Origin: Leptospiraceae bacterium
Lineage (GTDB): Bacteria; Spirochaetota; Leptospiria; Leptospirales; Leptonemataceae
Direction of reading: 5' to 3'
Length of the DNA stretch: 64,000 nucleotides
NCBI GenBank assembly: GCA_040217195.1
Contig: JAVJNR010000005.1
Span: forward strand, 512,001 to 576,000
The position numbers were made by a program, and so were the translations under genes. This document shows, in pieces, positions 39,059 through 48,682 of this stretch; position 1 is the stretch's first letter; each line of letters starts with the position of its first letter. Under the pieces are notes generated by a model. That model saw only the letters and a program-made list of their open reading frames with translations, did not search any database and was not told the DNA's origin.

Positions 39059-39597
39059 CGCACTCCCAGTCTGGGACTTTCCTTTTGGGGAGAGACTCTG
39101 CGAAACGTAAAGCAGTCAGCCATTCCTATGATGACCGGATCCCCTTCGGGCCCGGATACCCATTCGGCAGCATTACCCGCCATATCCGAAGGTGCATTTG
39201 GACTTCCGGAGCAGGCAGCACCTGTTGGCAAAATCCCGGACCTATCGGAGCAGGCCTTTGATTGTTGAGCTTCAGCGGCCTTGCAGGCCCATATCCATTC
39301 CCGGTAGTTGCAAATCCGAGCAGCGGATGCAGAACACAGCCTTTTTGCTTCTTCATAATTAATATTTGTAAGCGGTATCAGTCCCTGTCCTCCAGGGGAT
39401 TTGGAAGCACTCTTCGCACGTTCAAAACGTTCTATTCCATAATTCACTCCAAACAACTGAAGGTAACTCACATAGGGTACATCTACCTTTCTTTCAGAAG
39501 TATGCACCCTCCGATCTCTGCCTTCCTTCGTAGAGATTCTACAATTTGACAAGGAAATGGAAAGAATGCAAATGCCTGCGATAATCAAAAGACGCAT
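39046..39597 (-). CDS. Short FGE-sulfatase (SUMF1)-like domain lipoprotein
   Basis: Lipobox LSNC; NINYEEAKRLC, REWIWACK, DMAGNAAEWV and LGVRCC motifs. Confidence 0.75.
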   Translation of the reverse strand: MRLLIIAGICILSISLSNCRISTKEGRDRRVHTSERKVDVPYVSYLQLFGVNYGIERFERAKSASKSPGGQGLIPLTNINYEEAKRLCSASAARICNYREWIWACKAAEAQQSKACSDRSGILPTGAACSGSPNAPSDMAGNAAEWVSGPEGDPVIIGMADCFTFRRVSPQKESPRLGVRCCH

Positions 39598-40220
39598 CAA
39601 GACCTTCCCCCAATTCGTCCAGGTTTGTCTGACAGAAACCTTACTTCCTTTAGAATCCGCTCTTTTCCGGACGGACCGCCCAGACTATGATCGGCGATTC
39701 CCCGAAATCTTTGCCCGGGTGCACGGAAAGAAATTCGTTTCCATATCTGGCCTTCGCAAACTCCCCGAATCAGGTCCTTTTCAGTCCCCGGGTTCTTTAG
39801 AGTAATTTCACAGACTACTGGATGCCGAAACTCCGCACCAGATCTATCATCCGACAATTCTTTGAATCGGATCGAACGCAGAGCATCGATTCGAAACTCT
39901 CGATTGGCTCCGGACTGAACCACCACTATCTTCCTGGCAGGCAATGCAAGCAATCCTTCGAATCTAGCATCCGAGAATCGAATCAGAGCACTTTGAATTA
40001 ACCTTTGATTTTTCTGTGCCGACGCCTTCTTTACATCCTGCGTACCAGGCGGCAATATCTCTAATTCCGCGCGCATCTCATTCAGGATTTCTGAGGGCTC
40101 TTTATCATCTGTAAGAAAATCTTCGCCCTGAATTGCTCTGACCGAAAGGATGGCAATGACGAGAATCGAGGCTCTGGCAAAACGGGTGTAAAGGTACTCT
40201 GGTTTACTTTTGACGCACAT
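39597..40220 (-). CDS. Hypothetical exported protein
   Basis: ORF with a hydrophobic leader (ASILVIAILSVRA) abutting the next gene; start uncertain (40220 vs 40355). Confidence 0.55.
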   Translation of the reverse strand: MCVKSKPEYLYTRFARASILVIAILSVRAIQGEDFLTDDKEPSEILNEMRAELEILPPGTQDVKKASAQKNQRLIQSALIRFSDARFEGLLALPARKIVVVQSGANREFRIDALRSIRFKELSDDRSGAEFRHPVVCEITLKNPGTEKDLIRGVCEGQIWKRISFRAPGQRFRGIADHSLGGPSGKERILKEVRFLSDKPGRIGGRS

Positions 40221-40466
40221 CGCCCCTTCATGTCTCCAGTGGAACCCCCGTTGCGCTTTTTTTCTGGCCCCGCAGGTTCTTGCCGAGAAACTGAGGAAAG
40301 TGTGGTACGAGACCAGGCGGACTCTTAGTAAGGAAATTATTTTGCGCCGGGCCAAAACCGGGGCAGATTCATTCAGCCATTTGGCAAGAATTGCGTTGCA
40401 GGGTTAAAAAGCTGGTAGAGTACAGATACCCGTTCAATTCAATTTATTATAGAAAGGAAAAAGCAA

Positions 40467-40787
40467 ATGAAAGATCGGATTTTTAGATATATTCTCATCG
40501 CCATCGCAGCAGGATTCACTCTCTTTTTCTTTTACTATGTAATCCCACCAGCCCTTTCCCCATTCGATCCTCTGGGGGCCATCCTCGGTGGATTCGTGAA
40601 CCCATTCGCATCTGGTTACTCTACCGATGTAATTCTGTGCTGGCTGATTCTGGTTGCCTGGATATTGTATGAAAGGGACCGGGTCCGACATGGATGGGTG
40701 TGCATCATTCTTGGAGCTATCCCTGGAGTAGCCGTGGGCTTTGCACTCTATCTGATTCTACGATTGGAACAACATGCAAAAGTTTAA
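40467..40787 (+). CDS. Small membrane protein, DUF2834-like
   Basis: 3-4 TM helices; FVNPFASGYSTDV and GVAVGFALYL motifs; AAGGAA RBS. Confidence 0.7.
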   Translation: MKDRIFRYILIAIAAGFTLFFFYYVIPPALSPFDPLGAILGGFVNPFASGYSTDVILCWLILVAWILYERDRVRHGWVCIILGAIPGVAVGFALYLILRLEQHAKV

Positions 40788-40862
40788 TTGACCTGCGGCC
40801 AAAGGCCTAGTCCCGCACCGGACCGATTTCGATTCCAGGCCAATCCTGCGACGCGCACCGAC

Positions 40863-41099
40863 CCCCGAGTTCGCTTCTGCCCGCCAAGCCGCTTTAAGGC
40901 GAACCCGCGCCGCAAAAAGCAATCTGCCCCGAGTTCGCTTTTGACCACCAATCCGCTTTAAGGCGAACCCGCGCCGCAAAAAGCAACCAACCCCCGAGTT
41001 CGCTTCTGACCACCAATCCGTTTTAAGGCGAACCCGCGCCGCAAAAAAGCACCATCACCCGAGTTCGCTTCTAACCACCAAGCCGTTTTAGGGCGAACC
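40863..41099. repeat. Tandem array of four ~65-bp palindromic units (REP/BIME-like) between convergent genes
   Basis: GAGTTCGCTT begins at 40867, 40931, 40996 and 41061. Each unit is GAGTTCGC..GCGAACCCGCGCCGCAAAAAGC with an internal GTTCGC/GCGAAC inverted repeat; the last unit is partial. Confidence 0.9.
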
Positions 41100-41126
41100 T
41101 GACTGAATTGCGGCTGCTATCCCACT

Positions 41127-42161
41127 TTATTCAACGTCAATCCATTCACCTACACGGACGTACCGGTAGCCTTTTCCAAAGGCCCGAGCGAACTGTTCTA
41201 TGACTTCGTCTGAACTATCGTGAGTTCCCAGAGCCACCAGTGCTGGACTTAATTCACGAATCAGGCGCAGATCATTATTGACATCTTCCTGGCTCAAAGG
41301 CTGTAGGGGACCATTTCCGGAAGCGAGCCAACGCTGGGCATTGATTCCCAGAGGATTCATACGTCCCTGAGGCACTGGAAGATGCAAATCGCCCACAATG
41401 CCGTATATCTTCTGCGGGAAGGTTCTCTGGACCTGGTCCAGCAGTCGAGACACAGTCTGATGTCCGCAGCCCACCACGATTACCAGGCCTTTGCCCTGAA
41501 CGTTAATGACCAGGGCCTGCTCTTCAATGTATCCTATGAATAGTTGCCTGGGAATTCCGCCCGTTGTGGCCATTCCAGGAAGGATTCGCTTAGCCTTCGG
41601 GGTAAATCTTACATCCAGCGCTCCGGCACCGGAACGACTCAGAAATTCATCGAGAGGTTTCAGATCCAGAGCCTGAGGAGTAAAAATGGGGATGCTGCGC
41701 TGCGACTGAGCCAGATAATCGAACATTGGACTGTTTCGTGTATCCAGTTCGCCCACATGATCAAAGTGAGTATGCGAAATGAATATCGCATCCAGGGATT
41801 CCCAGGATATCCCCAGATTTTCCATGTTTTCTACAAGTGCTGATGGATTCTCCTTTGCCGGATTGTGGCCAAGGTCGAATAGCACTGTTCCTCGGTTTGT
41901 GCGAATTAAATAGGAAACTCCTACCTCGGCACGAAGGTGCGGCATACCTGCGTCGGATCGATCCCGGGCTGGATGAAAGTTTACCAGGGGCAAGATGGAA
42001 AGCTCTTGAACTTCATCCAGATCCCGCACAAGTGCTGCTCCGGGTATCCAGTCATTGTCCACGGCTTTCGCATTAAAGTAGTGATAGACCAGGACGCCGG
42101 AAATTGTAGTCAGAATCACCAGCGCTCCAATGATCCATTTCTTGCCGTTTCTCATGATCAA
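41127..42161 (-). CDS. Membrane-anchored MBL-fold metallo-hydrolase (COG1237-like)
   Basis: VLFDLG, SHTHFDHVG, EQALV, VGCGH and GDLHL motifs; N-terminal TM helix. Confidence 0.85.
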   Translation of the reverse strand: MIMRNGKKWIIGALVILTTISGVLVYHYFNAKAVDNDWIPGAALVRDLDEVQELSILPLVNFHPARDRSDAGMPHLRAEVGVSYLIRTNRGTVLFDLGHNPAKENPSALVENMENLGISWESLDAIFISHTHFDHVGELDTRNSPMFDYLAQSQRSIPIFTPQALDLKPLDEFLSRSGAGALDVRFTPKAKRILPGMATTGGIPRQLFIGYIEEQALVINVQGKGLVIVVGCGHQTVSRLLDQVQRTFPQKIYGIVGDLHLPVPQGRMNPLGINAQRWLASGNGPLQPLSQEDVNNDLRLIRELSPALVALGTHDSSDEVIEQFARAFGKGYRYVRVGEWIDVE

Positions 42162-42514
42162 CTCAGAAAGGGTTCCAGATCTTCGGGTACAGGCATGGGG
42201 CGCACCGGGCTAACATTCGAGCCTCCAGTGTTTCCAATCGGCACCCAGAGTCTGGAGACTACCAGTGAGGCCAGGATGCGAAATAGCTGTCCAATCATTT
42301 CGCGCAGGTCACCTCTGTGATAGCCAATCTTGAACATCCACCAGTGGGATTGGGTATGAGCAATCATGTAGGATTGGCTCAGTATATGTACCCGTTCCAA
42401 TCGATAGAAAGCTCGGTCCCATTCTTTTCTTCCGTAGAAGTCCAGGGCTAGTTTCATCTCTTCGTTTAGCTTTTCCATTTGCCTTGAAGGCATCTTCCAT
42501 GTTGTAAGATTCAT
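42158..42514 (-). CDS. DUF3703-family protein
   Basis: LERVHILSQ, H..SH..M and PIGNTGGSNVSPVRPMPVPEDL motifs. Confidence 0.85.
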   Translation of the reverse strand: MNLTTWKMPSRQMEKLNEEMKLALDFYGRKEWDRAFYRLERVHILSQSYMIAHTQSHWWMFKIGYHRGDLREMIGQLFRILASLVVSRLWVPIGNTGGSNVSPVRPMPVPEDLEPFLS

Positions 42515-42766
42515 GATATTATTCTAGTCCTCTTGATTCTGGAAAACTTGAAGAAACTGGCTATCGGCCTTAAAATTCGGAACATTGGTATTTGCTTCCC
42601 TTGCTGCCATTTCGAAACCGGAAACAGACTTCCCGGGTATAAAAATACAAACCCGGTCTTCACCTTGCTGTGAAACTATTTCCTTTTGAGCAATCATGGG
42701 TAGATCATTAGGATTTGACTGTGGACCGGCGGAAAAAACAATTCAGCCGGGAGTGAGACGTCCAGA

Positions 42767-43522
42767 ATGACTGAAAGAAATTTATTTCTATTTCCGGATC
42801 GCTCGCTGTTTGTAGGGCCCCTCACCGACAACGGAATGCATTCCCATCATGCACTGCAAATTGTGTATTCTCCAGGACCGGTAACCGTTGAACTTGAGAA
42901 GCAGGTCCTGAAGTCTTCGCTTACTGTTATCGGGCCCAACGTCAAACATGCTGTCACGGGAAACCATCCATTGCAGTGTATCCTCCTTCTGGATGGAGAG
43001 AGTTCACTTTGTCAGTCCATCGTCCGCAACTGCCTGGAGAATAAGGAAGTTCTTTCTCTGAGTCTATCCTCCCATGTTCCATTTGATGTATCCAATGGCG
43101 ATTCCCCTTCCAGGTGGATTGAAGGACTTATGACTTTCTTGCCTGGACAGCCACTCCGCGAAAAGACCGTTGCTCTGGATGAGCGAATCGCATCTGCATG
43201 TACCTACATTCAGAATGATCGGGATCTACGGGCTTCCCTGATTGAACTTGCTCAGCATACCGGCTTATCCGAGGGTCGATTTACCCATCTTTTCAAAGAA
43301 CAGATGGGTATTCCACTTCGAAGGTACATACTATGGTTGCGAATCAGGCGAGCCATAGAAGCACTGAAAGAAGGACTGTCCCTCACCGATGCAGCCTATG
43401 AAGCAGGATTCGCGGATCAAGCTCATATGAGCCGGAGTTTTAAGGAGAGTTTCGGTTCCAGTCCCGCTGAACTATTGACAGCCCGGGGAAATGTCAGAAT
43501 TACATTCTGCGCTCCTTCCTGA
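42767..43522 (+). CDS. AraC-family transcriptional regulator
   Basis: HSHHALQI cupin motif; LSEGRFTHLFKEQMG and AGFADQAHMSRSF HTH motifs. Confidence 0.92.
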   Translation: MTERNLFLFPDRSLFVGPLTDNGMHSHHALQIVYSPGPVTVELEKQVLKSSLTVIGPNVKHAVTGNHPLQCILLLDGESSLCQSIVRNCLENKEVLSLSLSSHVPFDVSNGDSPSRWIEGLMTFLPGQPLREKTVALDERIASACTYIQNDRDLRASLIELAQHTGLSEGRFTHLFKEQMGIPLRRYILWLRIRRAIEALKEGLSLTDAAYEAGFADQAHMSRSFKESFGSSPAELLTARGNVRITFCAPS

Positions 43523-43569
43523 ATCGTTACTCTAATGGTTTCCGCAGGTTGCTGACACAAAATTGTTCG

Positions 43570-44097
43570 TTAGATGGTGGAACCGGCTTTGAATCCTTTC
43601 GTCTGGTTTCTGGCTATCCTTTTGCTGTGAGCTCTGGAGGTGCCGATTTTCGAGTCAGTGGATTCCCTGGTATTGTTCATTCCAATGTTTGCAGTCTTGC
43701 CTTCCATTGATTGCACCAGTTCTTTAATCCCTTCAGTTCCTTTATGAGGGTTGCTTCTACAGTGATTCAGCAAAGCATTTACATTCTCTCTAATTACCTG
43801 CAGTGAACGAATCTTCGCATCCAGCTGCTCACTTTTTAAGGCCATTTTCCTTTCCATGGCTTCGGAAGCCTCTTTTCTGGACCGGCCCAGCAATTCCAGA
43901 AACTCTCGGATTTCATACAGACTGAAACCCAGCTTCTTTACCTGATCTACAAAAATCAGAGAATACATGGCCTGCTCGCCGTATTCCTTATAGCTATTCT
44001 CCCGGCGCTGATCGGCACGAATTAATCCATACTTCTCATAATAACGAATTGTATGCCTGCTTATGCCAGTGCGTCTAGATAGCTCCAGAATCAACAT
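43570..44097 (-). CDS. MerR-family transcriptional regulator
   Basis: ELSRRTGISRHTIRYYEKYGLI, YKEY and LGFSLYEI motifs; coiled-coil dimerisation helix. Confidence 0.92.
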   Translation of the reverse strand: MLILELSRRTGISRHTIRYYEKYGLIRADQRRENSYKEYGEQAMYSLIFVDQVKKLGFSLYEIREFLELLGRSRKEASEAMERKMALKSEQLDAKIRSLQVIRENVNALLNHCRSNPHKGTEGIKELVQSMEGKTANIGMNNTRESTDSKIGTSRAHSKRIARNQTKGFKAGSTI

Positions 44098-44173
44098 TTG
44101 GTTCTCCTGGCCAAACAGTAACGTCTGCCCTCCCAGGGGTCAGTGATTTTTTTTGTTTTTTACCGGCCGGCCC

Positions 44174-44205
44174 TTGACATTAGAGTTAGCTCTAAGGTAT
44201 AGAAT
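44174..44205 (+). promoter_or_regulatory. MerR-type promoter with a long spacer and dyad operator
   Basis: TTGACA (44174-44179), 20-bp spacer, TAGAAT (44200-44205); dyad ACATTAGAG-TTAG-CTCTAAGGT overlaps the spacer. Confidence 0.85.
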
Positions 44206-44289
44206 GTATTCCTGTATCCCGGGCCCGCGGTCATACCCTGTAGAGGGTATCGTTGTGGTGCCGAATCCCTTGGGGATCAGGAGGAATTC

Positions 44290-45243
44290 ATGACTCAGTC
44301 AGATAAGAAGGGCGCAGCCCCGAAAATGGAGCATATGCGAAGTAAGTTAATCGGAATCAATCCGCGGGATGCCATCCCGGGTAGCGAGCCAGGGCTGCCG
44401 ACCTTTAGTTCGAAGAAACGTGCCAGGAGGCGCGTCCAGATGTTTACAGTTGCGGTCACTTTGTGCGCCCTTCTGGGAGTAGCCTGCAGTAACCAGGTCC
44501 TGGGCCAGCCAACCGTGAAAAATAGTCCGGCGCGCGAGGCTCTGGGAAATAAAAAGGTGCTCATCGTAATCTCTGCTTATCCGAAGTACGGCGAATTAGA
44601 TGAGCCCACCGGATACTGGCTTTCCGAAATTACCCATTTCTATCATGTACTGGCCCGGCATGGCATTGAAATGGACATCGCTTCGCCCGGCGGAAAACCA
44701 GGTGTGATGGATCCGCGAAGCGATGATATGGATGATCCTCTGAATGCTGCTTTCTGGAACGATGTAGATTTGAAGTCTCAGCTAGATAATCCACTGGATC
44801 CAGCGGAACTTAATGCGGAAGACTACGGAGTTATCTACTTTGCCGGAGGACATGGAACCATGTGGGATTTCACCGATTCAAAACCACTGTCCCAACTTAC
44901 TGTCAGCATCTATGAAAACGATGGTATCGTTAGCGCCGTATGCCATGGTCCGGCCGGCCTGATCAATGTAAAACTCTCAAATGGCAGTTATCTGCTGCAG
45001 GGCCGTAATGTGACTGGATTCGCCAACTTCGAAGAGACTTTAATCGGAAAAACGGATATGGTGCCCTATCTTCTGGAGGACAAACTTAAAGAACGGGGAG
45101 GAATTTATTCCAATGCATTTATTCCTTTCACCTCATATGCAGTGACGGATGGACGTCTGGTTACAGGCCAGAATCCTTTTTCCACGGTCGATGTGGCCCA
45201 ACATGTCATTCAAGTGCTTTCCTCTCAATCGATGAAACAATGA
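44290..45243 (+). CDS. DJ-1/PfpI-family (Hsp31/glyoxalase III-like) protein with an N-terminal extension
   Basis: GYWLSEITH, AGGHGTMWDF, AVCHGPAGL and LVTGQNP motifs; AGGAGG RBS. Confidence 0.9.
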   Translation: MTQSDKKGAAPKMEHMRSKLIGINPRDAIPGSEPGLPTFSSKKRARRRVQMFTVAVTLCALLGVACSNQVLGQPTVKNSPAREALGNKKVLIVISAYPKYGELDEPTGYWLSEITHFYHVLARHGIEMDIASPGGKPGVMDPRSDDMDDPLNAAFWNDVDLKSQLDNPLDPAELNAEDYGVIYFAGGHGTMWDFTDSKPLSQLTVSIYENDGIVSAVCHGPAGLINVKLSNGSYLLQGRNVTGFANFEETLIGKTDMVPYLLEDKLKERGGIYSNAFIPFTSYAVTDGRLVTGQNPFSTVDVAQHVIQVLSSQSMKQ

Positions 45244-45370
45244 AAGCCGGGTTTCGCTTCAGATAGGCGTGACCCTGACTGAAAGAGATATGCTCAGGGT
45301 AATAAGAAAAAAGCCGGGGCAGGAAACTGGCGCACAACAATTTAGGCCGTGCAATGTATCCCCTGGACAG

Positions 45371-45396
45371 GCTCCGGACCCCTGGGGGCCCGGAGC
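45371..45396 (-). terminator. GC-rich hairpin just downstream of ahpF
   Basis: On the minus strand GCTCCGGGCCCC/GGGGTCCGGAGC pair with one G-U; no clear U tract follows. Confidence 0.4.
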
Positions 45397-45402
45397 GATC
45401 TG

Positions 45403-47091
45403 TCAGGCTGCTGCGCCGGCCTTCTCCCTGGCGGGCTTTGGCGCCGCATGTCGTATGAGGTAGTCGAATGCGCTCAAGGAAGCGGTAGCTCCATGCCCCA
45501 GAGCCACAACGATTTGCTTGTAGGGAACGTTTGTCACATCACCGCAGGCAAATACTCCCGGCACATTCGTCTGGCACTTTTCATCCACAAGGATTTCGCC
45601 CATTGTGTTTAGATTCAGAAATCCTTCTGCGAATCCGCTGTTGGGCAGCAATCCGATCTGGACAAATATTCCGTCCACTTTCAGTTCTCTGGTTTCGCCG
45701 GAATCTCGATCTGTATACTGCAAACCGGTAACTCCTTTTTCATCGGCAATCACTTCTGTAGTCATGGCAGACTTGATAACAGCAATGTTTTCCCGGTCCT
45801 CCATGCGAGATTGCAGAACCTGATCTGCCTTTAACTCCGGAGCAAACTCCAGCACAGTGACACTCTTGGTAATTCCAGCCAGGTCCAGGGCCGCTTCTAC
45901 CCCGGAGTTTCCTCCGCCTATAACCGCCACATCTTTTCCTTTGAAGAAAGGACCATCGCAGTGAGGACAGAAGGCAACGCCTCGACCCAGGTTTTCCATT
46001 TCTCCTGGAACGTTCATTTCCCGCCATCGGGCACCGGTAGCCACAATTACGGTTCGAGAGCGGACTTCACGGCCGGTATTTAGATGCAGGGATTTAGTAT
46101 CCCCCAGATCCTCCATTGATTCCACGCGAAGATGTTCGCGAACCACAACTCCGTGGGCCTTCAATTGCTCGGCCAGTGTACCGGACAATTTTGGTCCCGT
46201 GGTGCTGGGTATGGCCACTAGATTTTCAATGTCCATTGTATCTTTGACCTGTCCACCCAGGCGATCTGCGATAACGGTAACTTTCAGCCCTTTCCTTGCA
46301 CTGTAGATGGCCGCTGCAACTCCGCCTGGACCTCCACCAACGATGGCCACGTCGAACACTTCATTGGAGGCCCTGGTTGCTTCTGCATCCCTGGAAGACT
46401 CTTCACCGGCCACAGGAGACTTGCCGGATTTCGGTGGAACGGATGCAGAACTCTGGTTCGCGGCTCGTTCCATAAGCCTGGAGATAATGGTGGAAGCATC
46501 CACCTTACCCGAGCTGAACGGTTCTCCATTTAGGAAGACAGCGGGTACTCCCTGCACCTTGTATTTTTCCACAACCTCCGGATACAACGATCCATCAATC
46601 ATATCGTGACTTATGGCTCCACTGACCAGGCTCAATGAATTCAAAGTTTGAACCACATCTGGACAGTTATGGCAATCCAGAGAAACCACAGTTTCAAAAT
46701 GCAGCTCTCCGCCAAGCCGGGACATCATATCGATTACATCTTCATCCAGCCGAACCGGAACACCTCCGGCCTGCAGAATGGCCAGAATCAAAGAGTTGAA
46801 TTCATGGCCGCCGGGAACTCCACGAAAACGAATCCCGGTAGACTCTCCTGCAGAAAGTACATAAAAAGTTAAGCCATCAGAATTAGATTCGGTGTATCCG
46901 GAGCCGGAGAACTTTTCGCTGCTTTCAGCCTCTATAAGTTCTACCTTCGGCGAAGCAGAGGCCACACCCTGAAGCATTCCCATTAACTCCTGGCGCTTTT
47001 CATGTTCACCGGAATGCAAAACCAGGGTTACTTCCTTTTCCAGTCTTTCGAAATATTGCTTTAATTGCTCGATCAGTTGATTGTCTAACAT
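45403..47091 (-). CDS. ahpF: Alkyl hydroperoxide reductase subunit F
   Basis: [13 protein letters not shown]-domain CHNC, GGGPGG FAD motif, CPHCDG and GGGNSG motifs. Confidence 0.97.
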   Translation of the reverse strand: MLDNQLIEQLKQYFERLEKEVTLVLHSGEHEKRQELMGMLQGVASASPKVELIEAESSEKFSGSGYTESNSDGLTFYVLSAGESTGIRFRGVPGGHEFNSLILAILQAGGVPVRLDEDVIDMMSRLGGELHFETVVSLDCHNCPDVVQTLNSLSLVSGAISHDMIDGSLYPEVVEKYKVQGVPAVFLNGEPFSSGKVDASTIISRLMERAANQSSASVPPKSGKSPVAGEESSRDAEATRASNEVFDVAIVGGGPGGVAAAIYSARKGLKVTVIADRLGGQVKDTMDIENLVAIPSTTGPKLSGTLAEQLKAHGVVVREHLRVESMEDLGDTKSLHLNTGREVRSRTVIVATGARWREMNVPGEMENLGRGVAFCPHCDGPFFKGKDVAVIGGGNSGVEAALDLAGITKSVTVLEFAPELKADQVLQSRMEDRENIAVIKSAMTTEVIADEKGVTGLQYTDRDSGETRELKVDGIFVQIGLLPNSGFAEGFLNLNTMGEILVDEKCQTNVPGVFACGDVTNVPYKQIVVALGHGATASLSAFDYLIRHAAPKPAREKAGAAA

Positions 47092-47235
47092 ACCGTCCTC
47101 CTCCAGTTTCTAACGCCGGCCCGAATAAAGTTTCGAACCGGGCTAGCGCTCTTAATCAAATTTAAATAATTGCAGGCCCGGGTATAGCCGCCCGGGCATC
47201 GGCTTAAAAATGGTTCAGATGCTCTTAAATGTATC

Positions 47236-47799
47236 TTAGATCTTGCCTACAAGGTCCAGACCGGGCTTAAGAGTTTCTTTTCCTGGCTGCCAATTTGCAG
47301 GGCATACTTCGCCGTCATTGGCTGCAACATACTGAGCTGCTTTCACTTTACGAACCAGCTCGTCAGCAGAACGACCAATTCCATCGCTGTGCACTTCGTA
47401 AGCGCGAACGATTCCTTCCGGATCCACTACAAAGCTTCCTCGGAAAGCCAGTCCCACTTCTTCATCCATCACGTCGAAACCTCGAGTAAGTTCCCCTTTG
47501 GGATCACCCAGCATTGGAAATTGAATCTTCTTGATGGTATCCGATGCTTCATGCCATGCTTTGTGCACGAAATGAGTGTCTGTGGACACCGAGTAAACTT
47601 CTACACCAGCGCTTTTAAGATCCTCATAGTGATCTGCTACATCACCCAGCTCAGTGGGGCATACGAAAGTGAAATCAGCCGGATAAAAGAAAAACACCGA
47701 CCATTTACCCTTCACATCCTCTGAAGTAATAGATTTGAATTCGCCTTCATGAAAGGCTTCCAGTTTGAAATGTGGAATTGCTTGATTGATTTTTGCCAT
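47236..47799 (-). CDS. ahpC: Alkyl hydroperoxide reductase subunit C (2-Cys peroxiredoxin)
   Basis: [14 protein letters not shown] and GEVCPANW motifs; AGGAGG RBS before ATG 47799. Confidence 0.97.
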   Translation of the reverse strand: MAKINQAIPHFKLEAFHEGEFKSITSEDVKGKWSVFFFYPADFTFVCPTELGDVADHYEDLKSAGVEVYSVSTDTHFVHKAWHEASDTIKKIQFPMLGDPKGELTRGFDVMDEEVGLAFRGSFVVDPEGIVRAYEVHSDGIGRSADELVRKVKAAQYVAANDGEVCPANWQPGKETLKPGLDLVGKI

Positions 47800-47822
47800 T
47801 TGGCTACCTCCTAACTGCACTC

Positions 47823-47887
47823 AGTATACATCAGAAGGACGCATTTACAAAATATATTGTATCAATCAATACATAGCTAAAATCAAT
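47823..47887 (-). promoter_or_regulatory. ahpC promoter with a candidate OxyR operator
   Basis: Minus strand: ATTG-N7-CTAT-GT-ATTG-N7-CAAT immediately upstream of TTGTAA-16 bp-TATACT. Confidence 0.6.
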
Positions 47888-48064
47888 ACAGAGGCAGAGG
47901 CAATGCCAGGATTCCACCTCAGAGACTGATTGGATGTGTATTGGGGAAAGGCCGTTCCTCCGGGCATTAGTCCGGCCCTTGAATGTGTCCACAGTTGATC
48001 AAGGAGGTCGTGCCAGGAGTAGTAATTACCTCGGCCACGGCCAGGACTGCAAAGAAGGTTCGTT

Positions 48065-48673
48065 TCAGTGCCTGCAGTATGCAAAAAATGGTAGAATCCA
48101 ATCCTCGCAAAAATTGATCAGGCCCAGTTGGATGGCCGAGCTGCCGGTGTTTATAAGACCAATCTGGATGCCTGCCCCAACATTCACCGGAGCAATGCTA
48201 ACGTAGGACCATCCGAAATTAATCAGTCCAAGCTGAAGAGCACTGCTGGCAGTTTCATTGTAAAGCCCCACATTCAGGCCAGATATAAGCGTCTGATTGA
48301 CCAGCCCAAGATTCAGCCCGGACATGGCCGACCGATTTACGGCTCCAGCACTGATAAAAGCGGCCCCGCTTTCGTTGTACCCACCAACATTTAGAACTGC
48401 GAATTCATTTTCTCCGGAAATCAGATTCAGTTGTAAAAAGCGTTCCCGTTTCTCTCTTTCCTGTGGAGGAATGGATAGCTCAACGTCCGAAATAATGGAA
48501 AATGCAATGCAATTTCCTGTGAGCCACATAGCGGCAAGGAGCAGGCCACCGCGAAGGCAGTAAAGGGTGGCTCGCTGCAAATCGACGTTTACGCTCTTTT
48601 TTGATTCTTGGATTTTGCATATTTCCAGTTCCTGGATTGTCCTCGAACAAAATTTCTCGGATCCTACCACCAT
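48065..48673 (-). CDS. LA_2272-like repeat surface (lipo)protein
   Basis: Repeats GLNLGLVN, GLNVGLYN, LQLGLIN and GIQIGLIN; possible lipobox LTGNC; the true start is probably downstream of 48673. Confidence 0.75.
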   Translation of the reverse strand: MVVGSEKFCSRTIQELEICKIQESKKSVNVDLQRATLYCLRGGLLLAAMWLTGNCIAFSIISDVELSIPPQEREKRERFLQLNLISGENEFAVLNVGGYNESGAAFISAGAVNRSAMSGLNLGLVNQTLISGLNVGLYNETASSALQLGLINFGWSYVSIAPVNVGAGIQIGLINTGSSAIQLGLINFCEDWILPFFAYCRH

Positions 48674-48682
48674 CGATAAATA

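Noticed and set aside
40863..41099. CRISPR array (65-bp period, palindromic)
   Set aside because: The whole unit is repeated with only scattered substitutions, so there are no unique spacers, and no cas genes are in the window.
44217..44279. Riboswitch in the DJ-1 leader (small hairpins such as ATACCCT/AGGGTAT)
   Set aside because: The stems are short with no recognisable aptamer consensus, and the MerR promoter already explains regulation.
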